Assembly (NCBI GenBank): GCA_964016885.1
Contig: OZ024742.1
Location: 174,530,001-174,594,000, forward strand
Length of the DNA: 64,000 bases
Reading direction: 5' to 3'
From: Eledone cirrhosa
Taxonomy: Eukaryota
The position numbers and the translations under genes are program-made. A model generated the notes under the pieces. It did no database searches. It had not been told where the DNA came from and was given only the letters and a program-made list of their open reading frames with translations. Below, piece by piece: positions 39,540-52,268 of the stretch (the stretch's first letter is position 1; every line of letters begins with the position of its first letter).

Positions 39540-40185
39540 GGTGATCTTCAATATGCACTTGATATGTTTGCTGTCAAATGCTGCAAAGAGTGATACACAC
39601 ATCCTCTCAAGGGAGCCTGCACAGTGCACTCTAGATGTGAGTGGAGTTCCACTGAAGCAGATGGAGATGTTCAAGTATATTGAGGCTGTATTCACAAGTG
39701 GTGGAAAGCAGGAGGAGGCTGAATTAAGTGCAATAATTACAGAAGAAGGTGTAGTCCAGCATTTGGTCATCAGAAGAAGGGCGGTAGGTGTAGAATCCAA
39801 ACTCACTATCTTCAATTTGGTATTCATGCTGAATAATCTTGGTTAATAACCAAAGGAATATGATCGAGGATAGAAGCAGCTGAAATGGGATTCATCTGGA
39901 GGATCTTTGAAGTAATGTTACTTGAGTTCAGAGCTCGGAGATCAGAGGGTCAGATAATGTAGAGCTGCTACTTCTCTGAATTGAGAGATTAGAGCTCCAA
40001 TATTATGGATATGTGTTTAGAATGTCTCAGGAAAGAAATGTTGGACATATTTAACGAGCAAAACCAAATGTCAGGAGATGCAGGAGTAGACCATGTTCAA
40101 GCTGATCTCACTTGGGGACCAAGCCAGATCAATTAGAGACGGTGGCTTATGACATGATCTGCTGGAACACTTGCTTGAGGACTCT
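39540..40185 (+). mobile_element. Decayed Rex3/Expander-like (RTE) LINE 3' fragment
   Basis: LDVSGVPLKQMEMFKYIEAVFTSGGKQE, then IEAAEMGFIWRI; inverted homolog of 40300-40610. Confidence 0.65.
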
Positions 40186-40299
40186 GCCCCCCCCCCCCCG
40201 AAATAAGTGGGCGAAGAAGAAAAAAGAGAGAAAGAAAGAAAGAAGACATTTTCCAATAAAATGACTGCACATATGTGCTTTTTCTCCAAAAATGTTATT

Positions 40300-41140
40300 T
40301 TCTGTTTCTGCCACCATATTCTGATTACCAAATGCTGAAGCTTGCACATTACTGCACCAGCTCCAGCAATTCAAGCACTTAATTCAGCCTCCAGCCATCC
40401 ATCACTCACAAAAAAGGCCCTGAGATACTTGAACTTCTCCACCTGCTTCTTTGGAACTCCATTTACATGTAGAGTGCACTGTGCAGGTTTCCTTGTGAGG
40501 ATGAGTATCTCAGTTTTCACAGCACTGATTTTCATTCCAGCCATGCAAACCTATCAAGTGCATGTCAGAGATCACCTGTCGATTTAAATTATACTATGTC
40601 ACCTGCAAATTCCAGCCAACTGATTCTACACCAGCCAGTCATAATACCACTTCCAACCCTGCTGCACATGTCAGTCCTGTTCATGAAAATAATGAATAGG
40701 AGAGGTGATTGTACACGCCCTTGATGGAGTCCAACTCTCATATTGAATGGTTTTGATTTAGCACCTTTTATCTAAAAACAAATACTCAGGTTTTCATATA
40801 GAGACATCAGGGCAACTAGAAGCTAACCATCGATCGCATACTCTTGCAGAACCTTCTACAGTAGGTCCATTGGAACACAGTCATATACCTTTTTGAGGTC
40901 TACAAAGCAGGAATACATCTCTTGGCAGCATTTCCACAATTTCTCAACAACCTGCTGCTGTGTGAATATTTGGTTGGCTGTGCTGCATTCGGGGTGAAAA
41001 CCATACTGTTCATCAGCTAGCTTGAACTCGACAATCTTTCTACATCTCATTGCTAGACACTTAGTAAAGACTTTACCAGGGAGGCTTAACAAGGAGGTCC
41101 CTCTATAATTGGAGCAAACTCTCTTGTTGAATATTTGTCT
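40300..41140 (-). mobile_element. Decayed Rex3/Expander-like (RTE) LINE RT fragment
   Basis: CSNYRGTSLLSLPGKVF, EQYGFHP..STANQIF, CFVDLKKVYDCVP, VGLHQGRVQSPLLF, FAGD (FADD-like). Confidence 0.75.
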
Positions 41141-41904
41141 TTTATTAGGGAATTGAATGTGTATTCTTATCAAATTCCTTTTTCCTTGGTTATTTTGATA
41201 ATTTAAACACAAAGTTATATCATCTTGTTATATATATATGATCACAAAACAGTTGAGTACCATCTAAAATGAACACTACAGCTAATTGTCCAATATGTGT
41301 TTTGACTTACTAATACCATTATTAGTAGTCTTTATTAGCAGCAGCACCAATACCAACAACAACAACCACATCAAAAACAACAATATCAAAAACAAAGACA
41401 ATAATAATATTAATAACAATGTACAATGTCAATTATTTAGTCCCACCAGATATCGTTAAATTGTTGCTCAGATTGATTCAACACAATTAATTTATGAAAT
41501 TTTAAGTGTGAAGAGAAATAAATAAGATTTTAAGATATAAGCATGCATCAACAATTACAACATCATCATCATCTGAAGCAGCATCATCTTTATTAACAAG
41601 AACACAAATATTTTAATGACAATAATGTAATAATAACAACAACTATGACAACAGCAACAACAAATGAACATCAACATTATTGAAGTTAATTAATCTACAT
41701 GGAAATCATTGTTATTTGATGTTTAATTATGAACAAACATTTTATTTATTTATTTCTATTTGTTAGTTATATTTTTGTTAAAATCACAAAGCTGAAAGCT
41801 TATGAAATTTGTAAATTAATATATCTAATTAATGAATTCCATAATGGCTACCAGATACCACTAGTTATTTTTTCTTTTCTTTTTTTTGTTTTATTTTGTA
41901 TTTA

Positions 41905-42345
41905 TTGATTAAATCAACATTACTTCACCACATGTATGGCACAGGAACAACTAACCCATCAACTTTGTTTCAGCACATGTATCATACAGGACTAACTAAG
42001 CAATCAATTTTACTCCAGTACATGTGTGGGACAGGACTAACTAAGCAATCAATTTTACTTCAGTACGTGTGGGACAGGACTAACTAAGCAATAACTTTTA
42101 CTTCAGTACATGTGTGGTACAGTTCTAACCCAGCAATCAATTTTACTTCACCACATGTAAGGTACAGGACTAACTAAGCAATCAACTTTACTTCGATGCA
42201 TGAACTAATTAAACAATCAACTTTACTTCAGTACATATATGATACTAGACTGATTAATAAATAAATTTTACTTCATCATATGTATGGTAGGTGTTTAACA
42301 AACCAATCTACTTTACTTCACTACATGTATGGGACAGGATCAAAC
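41905..42345. repeat. 45-bp minisatellite, about 10 diverged copies
   Basis: Unit CAATCAATTTTACTTCAGTACATGTGTGGGACAGGACTAACTAAG (starts at 42001 and 42046). Confidence 0.9.
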
Positions 42346-43729
42346 TGATCAAACATAAGACCAATCAGCATTTTAAGATGGTGGCCTTCTGGGAAAATCT
42401 CAAACAGATTGTATTCCCTCACTGGTAGTAATGTTATGTATTTTGGAGAAAGATATTGAACGCTGAATCCTTTTGATACCAAACTGCCTGAAACTGCACC
42501 TGTTTATAGTTATCTAAAAACCTTCCATCATGATTTTACGTAAGAATCTTTGTTAAGTAATAGAAATATAGGTGTGTATGTGTTGAATTTTGTGAGCTAT
42601 GACATTAGTGTTTGGAATTTCAAACTATCTATTTAATTAGCATATTTGTTTGAGGAAAAATGTGAATGTTGATATTATGTAATTTCGTGTACGTCGTTTA
42701 TTTTGATACAATATTTGTTAAGTTATGTTACAAACAGCAACTTAATAAAGAATAATATTACTGAATCCCTGAGAGTTTTTTCTATTATATTCAAAATTAT
42801 TTGTAAATCATCGGTAATGTCTTCCATGAGACAGTTTAAGGTAATCTCTTGTTTATGTTTATGCCTGTGTTTATGTCCCATAAGCTAACAGTTCAACAAA
42901 ATGAGGTTGATAAAATATATGAATTAGGCTCGATAGGATTAAGTGAAACCTTTTAGATGATTCCCCGGCATTGAAAACAGGGAAGGAATAAAAGAATAAA
43001 TATATATAATCAATTTATTTGGATATTTTTGGAGATGAATTTAGTTTCTCTCCACTGGTTATTTGAACTAAATTTAATTTCATTTAGTCTTCTGTCACTC
43101 AAGTTTAAATAGCTAGAAATGTTTATGTCATTTTCAATACAATCACAATTTACATCTAAATCAGTGATGATGGTAGTACACAAGAGAGAACAAAGAAAAT
43201 GGCTATAATGGTTAATTTTGCAAAACATTAATTGAAATTGCTTCTATTCAGGCAAAACAACAAAACTGTGGTGATATCTGTGTGTATGTGTGCGTGTGCG
43301 TATATATACATATATACATATATGTAGCTAATCTCTCAGACTTTTACAAATAGCTAAGGGGATAAAGTTAATATGCACAGAGATGCTATAAAATAGGTTA
43401 TAAAATAAGGTGACGACATTTAGAAATTGAAAAAGAAATCTCCATCATCTGCTATAAGGAATCAAACCCCATATCTCCTAAATGAGGGCTAGGTGCTTTA
43501 AATGTTGAAACCATAGGACCATGACAAATCTGACCCTCTTAAATTAGATAGCTGAATCACAGCTTTTAAATGTCAACAAAGATTGTATATTCATAGCTGA
43601 TATCTTGGAGATATCGGGTTTGATACCTTATAGCAGCCGCTTGCAACTTATTTTCCCTCTTTAGAGGTCTTCCTTCACCTTATTTTATAAGCTATTTTAT
43701 AGAATTCCTGTGGAAGACCATACCATTTT

Positions 43730-43771
<42 letters not shown>

Positions 43772-43777
<6 letters not shown>

Positions 43778-43910
43778 TAAATGGAATAGAAAATGCTGAC
43801 AAATTGTTCACAGTCAAAAATAGTTTTGGTTTTTAGTTTTACCGGTTGCGCATTTCTAATGCTTTTCAAAAATAATTTTGAGATAGAGCGTCCGTGATGT
43901 TTGCTCTGAT
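43772..43910 (-). mobile_element. Terminal fragment of the AT-rich PLE family
   Basis: Reverse complement of about 10620-10807 with an internal deletion; TA-flanked. Confidence 0.75.
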
Positions 43911-44236
43911 CATATATATATATATATATAGGTATGTATGTATACATACATATATATATGTATACAGACGTACTGTAGTATGTATATATATACATACATG
44001 CACACATATATATATCGAGTGAGTTAGTCGGCCGGGCGCACCGAAAACGATAAATGGAAAAGAATGAAATGAAATTTCATTTCTCACTCTTAGTATGGCT
44101 GGTACTTAAATGTAAGTATGTATGAATACTTACATACATATATGTATACTCGATATGCAAATTAGGCTGCTCAGCCGTTAATATGCATAAGGAGAGTATA
44201 TAATTTCAGACGTTCAATCATCTGACAGAAGGGTAT

Positions 44237-44279
44237 ACGATGCTGACGATAGCTAATAAGCTTGAAACTAGTACATCGT
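44237..44279 (+). ncRNA. Canonical minimal type-I hammerhead ribozyme
   Basis: ACGATG-CTGACGA-t-AGCT aata AGCT-t-GAAA-CTAG-TA^CATCGT: perfect 6-bp stem I, intact core, palindromic ACTAGT stem III, GUA cleavage triplet. Confidence 0.88.
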
Positions 44280-44672
44280 TCCTGTGTCAGTGTTGAACAA
44301 AATGGTGAAGATGGTTTCCTGAACACTGTAGGGCGTAATTCGGGCTGTTTGTTTACAAACAAACCGAGCATTATAATAAATGTTCGGTAAACCCATACGT
44401 ACATATATATATATGTGTGCATGTATGTATATATATACATACTACTGTACGTCTGTATACATATATGTATGTACGTATACATACATACTTATATTTAAGT
44501 ACCAGCCGTACTAAGAGTGAGAAATGAAATTTCGTTTCATTCTTTTACATTTATCGTTTTCGGTGCGCCCGGCCGACTAACTCACTCGATATGCAAATTA
44601 GGCTGTTCAGCCGTTAATATGCATAAGGAAAGTATATACTTTCAGACGTTCAATCATGTGACAGAAATGTAG

Positions 44673-44715
44673 ACGATGCTGGCGATAGCTAATAAGCTTG
44701 AAACTAGTACATCGT
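44673..44715 (+). ncRNA. Second hammerhead of the dimer (A6G core mutation)
   Basis: Same stems as 44237; core reads CTGGCGA. Confidence 0.75.
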
Positions 44716-44834
44716 TCCTGTGTCAGTATTGAACAAAAAGGTGACGATGGTTGCCTGAACACTGCACGGTGTAATTCGGGCTGTTTGTTTACAAACAAAT
44801 CGAGGATTATAATAAATGTTCGGTAAACCAATAC

Positions 44835-44870
<36 letters not shown>

Positions 44871-45002
44871 GTGCATGTATGTATATATATACATACTACT
44901 GTAAGTCTGTCTACATATATGTATGTACGTATAAATACATACTTACATTTAAGTACCAGCCGTACTAAGAGTAAGAAATGAAATTTCGTTTCATTCCCTT
45001 CC

Positions 45003-45046
<44 letters not shown>

Positions 45047-45553
45047 AAGATTTACATATACACAAACTAAACAAAGTCAAAGATATATATGTTTTTGTTT
45101 TGGCAACCATTCACGATGTGGCTCAATGATGAATTAATAAATTAAATAATTGTTTCTACTTTTGGCACAAGGCCAGCAATTACCCAGTGTATTACTGGTA
45201 CTTTATTTTATCGACCCCATAAGGATGAAAGGCAAAGTTAACCTCGGCGGGATTTGAAATCAGAATGGCAAGGGCCGTAAATCTTTGCGTCAAAGCATGG
45301 CGTCCGACCTCTACCGATACTGCCAATCCACCGCCCTTAATTAATAAATTAAATAATCAGAGCAATATACTATAAAGTATGTCCATAGAATCATTTGATA
45401 ATTATTTATATCTAATATTTCTTCATAGGTGCCTGTTAATCTTATAGCCTGGTCTAATTGTTTTTTTATGTGGTTGATTATGCTAATTGGGAGAGGAAAT
45501 GGTGTATATATATTATCAAATAATTCTATGGCCATACTTATATATATATATAT

Positions 45554-45907
45554 GGAGGCATATGGCTTAGTGGTGAGAGCATTGGCCTTGCACTCGAAAG
45601 GTTGTGAGTTCAATTCTCAGACCGGGTGATGTGTTGTTTCCTTGAGCAAGACACTTTATTTCACATTGCTCCACTTTACTCAGCTTTAGAAATGAGATGG
45701 TGTCCCTATCATTTCATTTCTACAGCTGGGTCCCCATCATTCCACTGTAAAGTGGTCGTGGAGGTGCCACAACAAAAAAGCATCCATCACTCACATTAAA
45801 TGAGGTTGGTGTTAGGAAGGGCATCCAGCTGTAGAAATCAAGCCAGAATCAGTTCCCGTTCCACCCTTGCAAGCAGGGAAAAGCGGACGTAAAAGGATGA
45901 TGATGAT
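45554..45907 (+). mobile_element. tRNA-derived CORE-type SINE
   Basis: Matches the 10939 family; small internal inversion at about 45680-45730. Confidence 0.8.
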
Positions 45908-45929
45908 ATATATATATATATATATATTT

Positions 45930-46545
45930 CAAAACTGCAGTAAGGGAAAGATACTAGTGAAGCTTTCTTGTTTTAGTTTTTCTTGATTAGGAAACTACCC
46001 CTAGGTAACTTTGCATAAGTTATTCCATATGAATACGCTTTTCTGATTTAGATATATTTTAGCAATCTTTTCAGGGAGATGTTCTGTATATTAGTGACAA
46101 ATAAACTTCTGTTTGATATCCTTAATTGTTGAGTTGATGGATGGGTCATTTGTGAGCTATTTCTAGTCTCATTTTGAACTTGTTATATTGTTCATGATGC
46201 ACAAATATTTACTTAGTTGGTGGATCTATGTATGCATGTAATTTTATACACCACACTGGATTGGTAAGGATTAATTCTGTGTACTAACAGGTAAATAGTA
46301 TATTTTTGTATTTCTAATTATACTATCAAAGAAATCCTCCGTAGAGAATATTTACTTACAGTTTTACCTGTTTTCATCTATTTATATGATCAATGCTGTT
46401 TCTTGATTCTTAAAACTGCAGTCAGGGAAATATGCTAGTAACGCTTTCTTTTTTTGAAGTTGCTTTACTAGGAATCTACCCATCGGTAGTTTTGCATAAA
46501 TTATTCTATATACATGTATTTTAGTCATCTTTTCATGGAGATGAG
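45930..46545 (-). mobile_element. Highly decayed PLE-like fragment with a direct repeat of about 140 bp
   Basis: 45931-46081 is similar to 46412-46543. Minus strand reads QSSVVYKITC (GIY-like) near 46235-46265. Confidence 0.4.
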
Positions 46546-47106
46546 ACAATTATAACAGAAATGGATTATTGTAATTTTAGTTCGTCATTGTTATACATCT
46601 ATTAATATGAACTGCCAACTTTTGTCATTCCAGATTGAAGGGTACAGCTGTAAGAGCACTTTCAACACACCCTAGTAAACACTACTTATCAGAATGTTAA
46701 GACAATTTAGAAGCTTGCTATGCAATAAAGTTTTGTGTTAAACTGGGTAAAAATACTACAGAAACTTGTGAAATGCTCTAAACTGCTTATGGATTAACAT
46801 ACATAAGCTGAGCATGTTTGTTGCTGACACAAAAGGTTCAAGGATTGTAAAGTGGAAGTGGGGGAGAGAGGGGGAAGGAGAGAGAGACATTAAAACATCA
46901 GAGCTTGTTGAACAAATGTGTAATTTCTGGATGAAGACCATCATATGTCTATGAAGACAAATAGTTCATGAAGTGAGGAACACTACAATGAATGCATTGA
47001 AGTCATAGGATCCTAATTTTAAAGTGATTTGAGTGTTGTAATTCCTTGAAATTAATAAATGTCTCTTCTGAAAAAGTCTACAAACTTCTGGAATGCACCT
47101 CATGTA
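46545..47106 (+). mobile_element. Internally deleted mariner relic
   Basis: LEACYAIKFCVKLGKNTTETCEML*TAYG helix-turn-helix start; 3' end TAAATGTCTC..AAAAGTCT..AAAC similar to 15400-15440. Confidence 0.7.
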
Positions 47107-47108
47107 TA

Positions 47109-47175
<67 letters not shown>

Positions 47176-47196
47176 TTATATATATATATATATATG

Positions 47197-47550
47197 CGAT
47201 ATATTAACAAATGGAAACTATATTTATAAAACCATATTTATTTTATTATATATATTTCAAGGACACCAAGTCAAATTATGGTGCGCTTTCAACAGAAATG
47301 GTCGCATTTTTTAAGGGTATGTCAATATTTATTTATAAAACTGATCTATATTATATTTTATCTGATGAAAGCGCACCATAATTTGACTTGGTGTCCTTGA
47401 AATATATATAATGAAATAAATATGGTTTCATAAATATAGTTTCCATTTGTTAATATATCGTATTTTTACTCCAATAATTTGTTGAGTGCTTTATATCAGT
47501 TATAAAAATATTTGCTTGTTGTATCCCAACAATTTAAATATAACTTCTAC
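47197..47550 (+). mobile_element. Fold-back PLE-terminus element with a hammerhead (47354-47418)
   Basis: Arms 47197-47296 and 47361-47460. TATTTTAT-CTGATGA-AAGcGCACCA..TGGTGTcCTT-GAAA-TATATA-TA^ATGAAATA. Tail to 47550 is homologous to 37569-37660. Confidence 0.85.
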
Positions 47551-47555
47551 ACACT

Positions 47556-47607
<52 letters not shown>

Positions 47608-47922
47608 CATATATATATATATCATAGCTGCAACTCAATTTCAAGTAATGCCATCACTTTATCCTTAAGCATGAGCATCACAGACGTGGCTTTTTAGTCC
47701 AGCTTGTGACTTGCCTATGACCAGCAATACCATGCATCGCAAACAATATCACATACCAAGCGATGCCTGTACTTGAAGCTTTTTTAAGTGAGGAAAGGCT
47801 TTGCATGGGGACAATCCCACCCTCTGAAGATCAAATACATTTACCCAAAAAGAAGAACAGATCTACATCATTTGATGCAAATGAAGTCGCAGGTTTTATA
47901 TCAGAGTCACCTTCTCCCAGAG

Positions 47923-50899
47923 CAAGGGTCTGCAACCTTTTGGAGAGAGAGGGCCAAACGGCTATGCAGTGTCATGGAGGAGGGCTATGTTATTAAATAT
48001 GTAAATACATTTTCTAGAGGTTTAAAGCAAAACAAGGAATTTAATATAATTTTATTTTAACAAGGCCCTTTATTTTACTGCAAGAATAACAAAAAAACTT
48101 TAAAAAAACTACAACAAAAAACAAAGCAAATTCCTTATTTTACTGCAGGAACAACAGAAAAACAACTACTATCACAATCAACAAAAAAAAAAGCAAATTC
48201 CTTGCTACAAACTAAATACAGTTAGAAATGGTAAATGATTTAATGAGACACTTGTTTCTGCTTATTGTGCGATAACTTCTCCACATCAGGTGAAATATTT
48301 GTCGATGACAGGAGCAAAACATCATCCAGGTGGTCGTCACGCAACCTTGTTCTTAAATGACTTTTAGTAAATTTCATTTTGGAAAAAAGTTGTTCACAAG
48401 TATATGTACTTCCAAATAATGATATCATCAGTTTCGCATTAGTCAAGATGTTTTTATATTTTCCGCTTGGCAATATATATTTCTTGTAGAAGTCAGCAGT
48501 GGATTCGAACTGAAATTTCGATTTCAAAGATTCATCGCACTGTAAGTCAATTTACTCCAACTGATATTCTTCTGCCACTTGCTCCACATCTGTTTCGTAA
48601 GGAGTACCAAATAACTTAAATAGGGTTCCATATTGCCGGAAGTCAGCAAAACGAGAGGAAAACTCGCTTCTCAAATCCTTAATAGAGCGCACAAAGATGT
48701 CTGGTTTTATATCTCTCTTGTGATTTTGGAGTCTTGGGAAATGAGAGTAGTTTCCTTTTTGAAGTTGTGATTCCCACAGTCGAAGTTTTCTCTCAAAAGC
48801 ATTAATTTGACCAAACAACTCAAATACAACCTTGTTCTTTCCTCAAGATTCAAAGTGTTCATGTGGGTATTGATGTCCTCTAAAAATGCTAACTTGACAA
48901 TCCACTGTGAATCCTGAAAGTAATAATTATCTTGGTCTTTGCTCTCTAAAAACATAGAAATCTCTTCTCTCAATGCATATACTCGTTCTATCATTTTTCC
49001 GCGGCTAAGCCATCGAACATTTGAAAAATATGTAAGGTGGCCATACTCTGCTTCAATTTGTTTTAGAAATTCTTGAAACTGACGGTGATTTAATCCTCTT
49101 GACAGTATAAAATTCACTGTTTTCACGACCACTGCCACGATGTCCTTAAAATTCAGTGACTTTGCACAAAATGCTTCTTGATGAATAATGCAATGAAGTT
49201 TGATTATTTTTTTATCAATAGCGATGTGGTTTTGGAGCAATGCAACAAACCTCTTTTTCTCTCCAACCATTGCTGGTGCTCCATCTGTGATGACTCCAGA
49301 AAGCTTTGATAAATCCAGATTCATTTCGGTAATCCATTTTATTATGCTTTCCAAAATATCTGCCCCAGTGCTTCATAGGAATCAATTGTACAAATTCTTC
49401 CACAATATCAAATGTTGGTGTTACACCCCTCACAAATACTGCAAGTTGACAAGTATCGTTCATATCTGTGGTTTCATCGATAGCAATGGAATAATACTCC
49501 ACATTATTTAAAATGTCCTCCAAGCCACTTCTGACATTTGCTGCCAGCTCTTCAATTCACCTTGTTACTATTCTTGCCGATAAGCTGATCGCAGAAAATA
49601 ATTCCCTTTTTTCTGGACAAACAACATTTGCTACCTTCAACAATAATTCTTTGAAGAAATTTCCATTACTAAAAGGTTTCATCCTTTCTGCAATTAGTTT
49701 TGACACCTCGTAGCAAGCACGAGTGTTACGGTCACTTTCTTCAACTTTTCTAGTGAAAAAGGATAATTGCTTTGTTACATTATTTCTCAGCCGTGCAACT
49801 TTGTTTACTCGTGATTTTCCAGTAAAACTGTTGTAATGATTATGACGAGTTTCATAGTGCCGTTTAATATTTGAAACTTTCTTCCCGGCAATGGTTTCTT
49901 GACAAATTAAGCAAACACATTTTCTGAAGTGCTCAATGAAAAAATAGCTAAGTGTCCAGCTATCATTAAAAGTTAGGCACTCCAAATCCACTTTTCTTTT
50001 CTTAGCTTCCATGGGCTTGTTTTTGTTTAAACAAAAAAGATTTATGGAAAGGAAAAAGAACAAAAAGTATAATAATCAGAATGAAGAAATAAGAAACAAT
50101 GAAAACAAATGTAAATGCAAATACAGTAATGCGATAAAATATGATAACTGTGAATAAATTATATAAAACCAGGTTTCTAACGACGTTGTTAGATCAGGGT
50201 TGCCATTTGGTTTTTTTAAACGACTTTTGGCCTAATTCTAATAATAACAATTCACACAATTTATCACAAATAATTAAATAAACGTTATTATCGAATAAAG
50301 ATACCTGCTGTATAGTTGTTATACCACCAGACAACGAACTCAAATGAAAATACTCTGGAGAAGAGGGAACGAAGTAATTTTTCCAAGGACAGCTTTACAT
50401 TGTGCCTGGAGGGGGGGGGGGGGCACAGGTACGGTCAGACAAATGAAGACGACAATAATTCACGAGTGATTTTATTGAATGAAAATATGGGTATAAAAGC
50501 GACTCATGCGAACCGTAAGGTAGTATACCTTCCAGTCGTTGACGAAAATGCATACTTCCAGCCAACATTTGTGTTTGTTGATTGGAACAAAACACTTACA
50601 TGAAATCACAGGAAATAATAATGCAGATGATATAATGCTTGGCGGAAAGCCCAGAAAAAGATGGATAAGAGGAAATAATAATAAATGGAAAATATAATAA
50701 GGTTATAAAGGTATCTGTAAATATATACGGTATGAGCAGCGATTTGTGATGGGCATCAGGTCGGCACAACCTTGAAGTGAACTACTGTATCTGTATTCGA
50801 TACTAATTAGATAATTAGTGTCCAGTGTAAGATGGCAGGCTGGACAAAAATCACTCGAGGGCTGGATGTGGCCCGCGGGCCAGGGGTTGCCGACCTCTG
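47923..50899 (-). mobile_element. Full-length hAT transposon, Buster/Charlie (SPIN-like) group
   Basis: TIRs CAAGGGTCTGCAACC and GGTTGCCGACCTCTG; 8-bp TSD TCCCAGAG/TCCTAGAG (NNNTANNN type); internal transposase. Confidence 0.92.
48240..50012 (-). pseudogene. Frameshifted hAT transposase (GTF2IRD2/SPIN-like)
   Basis: MEAKKRKVD..W...YFF..CVCLIC..NIKRHYETRH (BED-like zinc finger), SIAIDETTD, TDGAPAM, HCIIHQEA, VRWLSRG, FGSTYTCEQLFSKMK; split over five ORFs. Confidence 0.92.
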
Positions 50900-51061
50900 T
50901 CCTAGAGAGATGTCTTAATGGAAACTAGGTGTTTCTCACTCCTAAAAAAAAGAAATAGAAGCTTATTGGATGGCCATTGACTCTCCTGAGTTCCTCCGCC
51001 CTTTATATATAAATTAAATCTGCCATACATATACATATAAATGCGTTGTGCATTCTAAACG

Positions 51062-52268
51062 TATGAGACTTTATTTTTTCCCACCAAAACCAATGAGGTG
51101 TGACCAAAATCTTTTGAGTGGAAGGTGACGGCACCCTTCCTACACAAGCATGAACATTTTCATGTCAGTAGGCCTCATCAGTTTGCGGTTGTTACACCTA
51201 GAGTACCCTTGTGTAGTACGTGCTTATTAGATTTTCATTTTAACTCAAGATGAACAAATGCATCGAGCAAATATATTACATCAAATTTTGACAAAAGCTT
51301 TGTGAAGCTCAAGCTCAAACCATCCTGAAGATTCAGCAAGCCTTTGGCGAAAACTCAGAACAGGATGTGGTACAACAGCTTCATCAGTGGAGAGCGAGGC
51401 ACATCAAGCAGGCTATCTACAAGTAGAAATGTGGAGCCAATTGACAAGGTTTGGCAATTATCATGGAAGACCGTCTTGTAACAATCCTGGAAATTGCTCA
51501 CGAAGTGGGTATAAGCACAGGATTAGTGTATTCCATTTTAATGCCTGATTTGTGCATGTGGAGAGTGTCAGTATCACTACATGGAAATCACTCAGGACAT
51601 GCTGGACTGTGAAAACCATGAGCCGGACTTCATGAAGACCATCATCATTGGTGATTAGTCAGGGGTTTTTGGTTATGACCGAGAAATAAAGTTCTAGTCT
51701 TCCCAATGGAAGCATCCATCATCACCAAGGCCCCAAAATGAATGACAGGTTTACAGCAATGTGAAGGTAATGTTGACCTGTTTCTTTGACTCCTGTGGTA
51801 CTGTGCATCATGAATACCCACCACAAAGCCAAACAGTCAAGAAGGAATACTGCTTGGATGTTATACATTGCCTTCGTAATGCTGGACATGTGGGCAATGA
51901 AGAATTAATAATTTCCCCATGACAAGGGGCTTGAGCTCATTCCATCCACATAATCCAAGCTTTCCTGGTCAAGAACAACACATATTTGTTTGAAAGGTTC
52001 TCCACTCTCCTGACTTGACTAGGCACCGTGTGACTTTTGGATCTTCCCCAATCTAAAAATCACGATGAAAAGGAAGTGATTTGAGATGCAAGAGGAAACT
52101 ATGAGAAAAGCAATTGCAGAACTTTCACAGCATTCCACAGGTGTTCCGGAAGTGTTACCACTAGTGACAGAACCAATGGGAGAAGTGTGTGAACCCCCAA
52201 GGGGAGTATTTTGAAGGTGATTAAATACAATTTGGGAAATGTCAGATACTTTTTGAATGAACTTTGTA
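51062..52268 (+). mobile_element. Decayed mariner transposon
   Basis: IIIGD*SGVFGYD, SSQWKHPSSPRP, KVMLTCFFD, QTVKKEY, APCDFWIFPNLK; TA-bounded. Confidence 0.82.

Larger units (their letters stand above)
43930..45008 (+). mobile_element. Retrozyme-like element: head-to-tail dimer of a 436-bp hammerhead unit (44148-45008) preceded by inverted fragments
   Basis: ACTCGATATGCAAATTAGGCTG at 44148 and 44584; HHRs at 44237 and 44673; 44014-44147 is the reverse complement of about 44455-44591; TA-flanked; no recognisable ORF. Confidence 0.8.

Noticed and set aside
43010-43228. Gypsy Pol-like phrase INISSYLNLSDRRLNEI
   Set aside because: Too short, with no flanking RNase H or integrase motifs.
44170-44230. 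Possible antisense hammerhead in the retrozyme-like unit (GAAA-GTATATAC-TT/TC, CAGATGA, CTGAGCA)
   Set aside because: No arrangement gives an intact core with all three helices, so viroid-like ambisense ribozymes are not supported.
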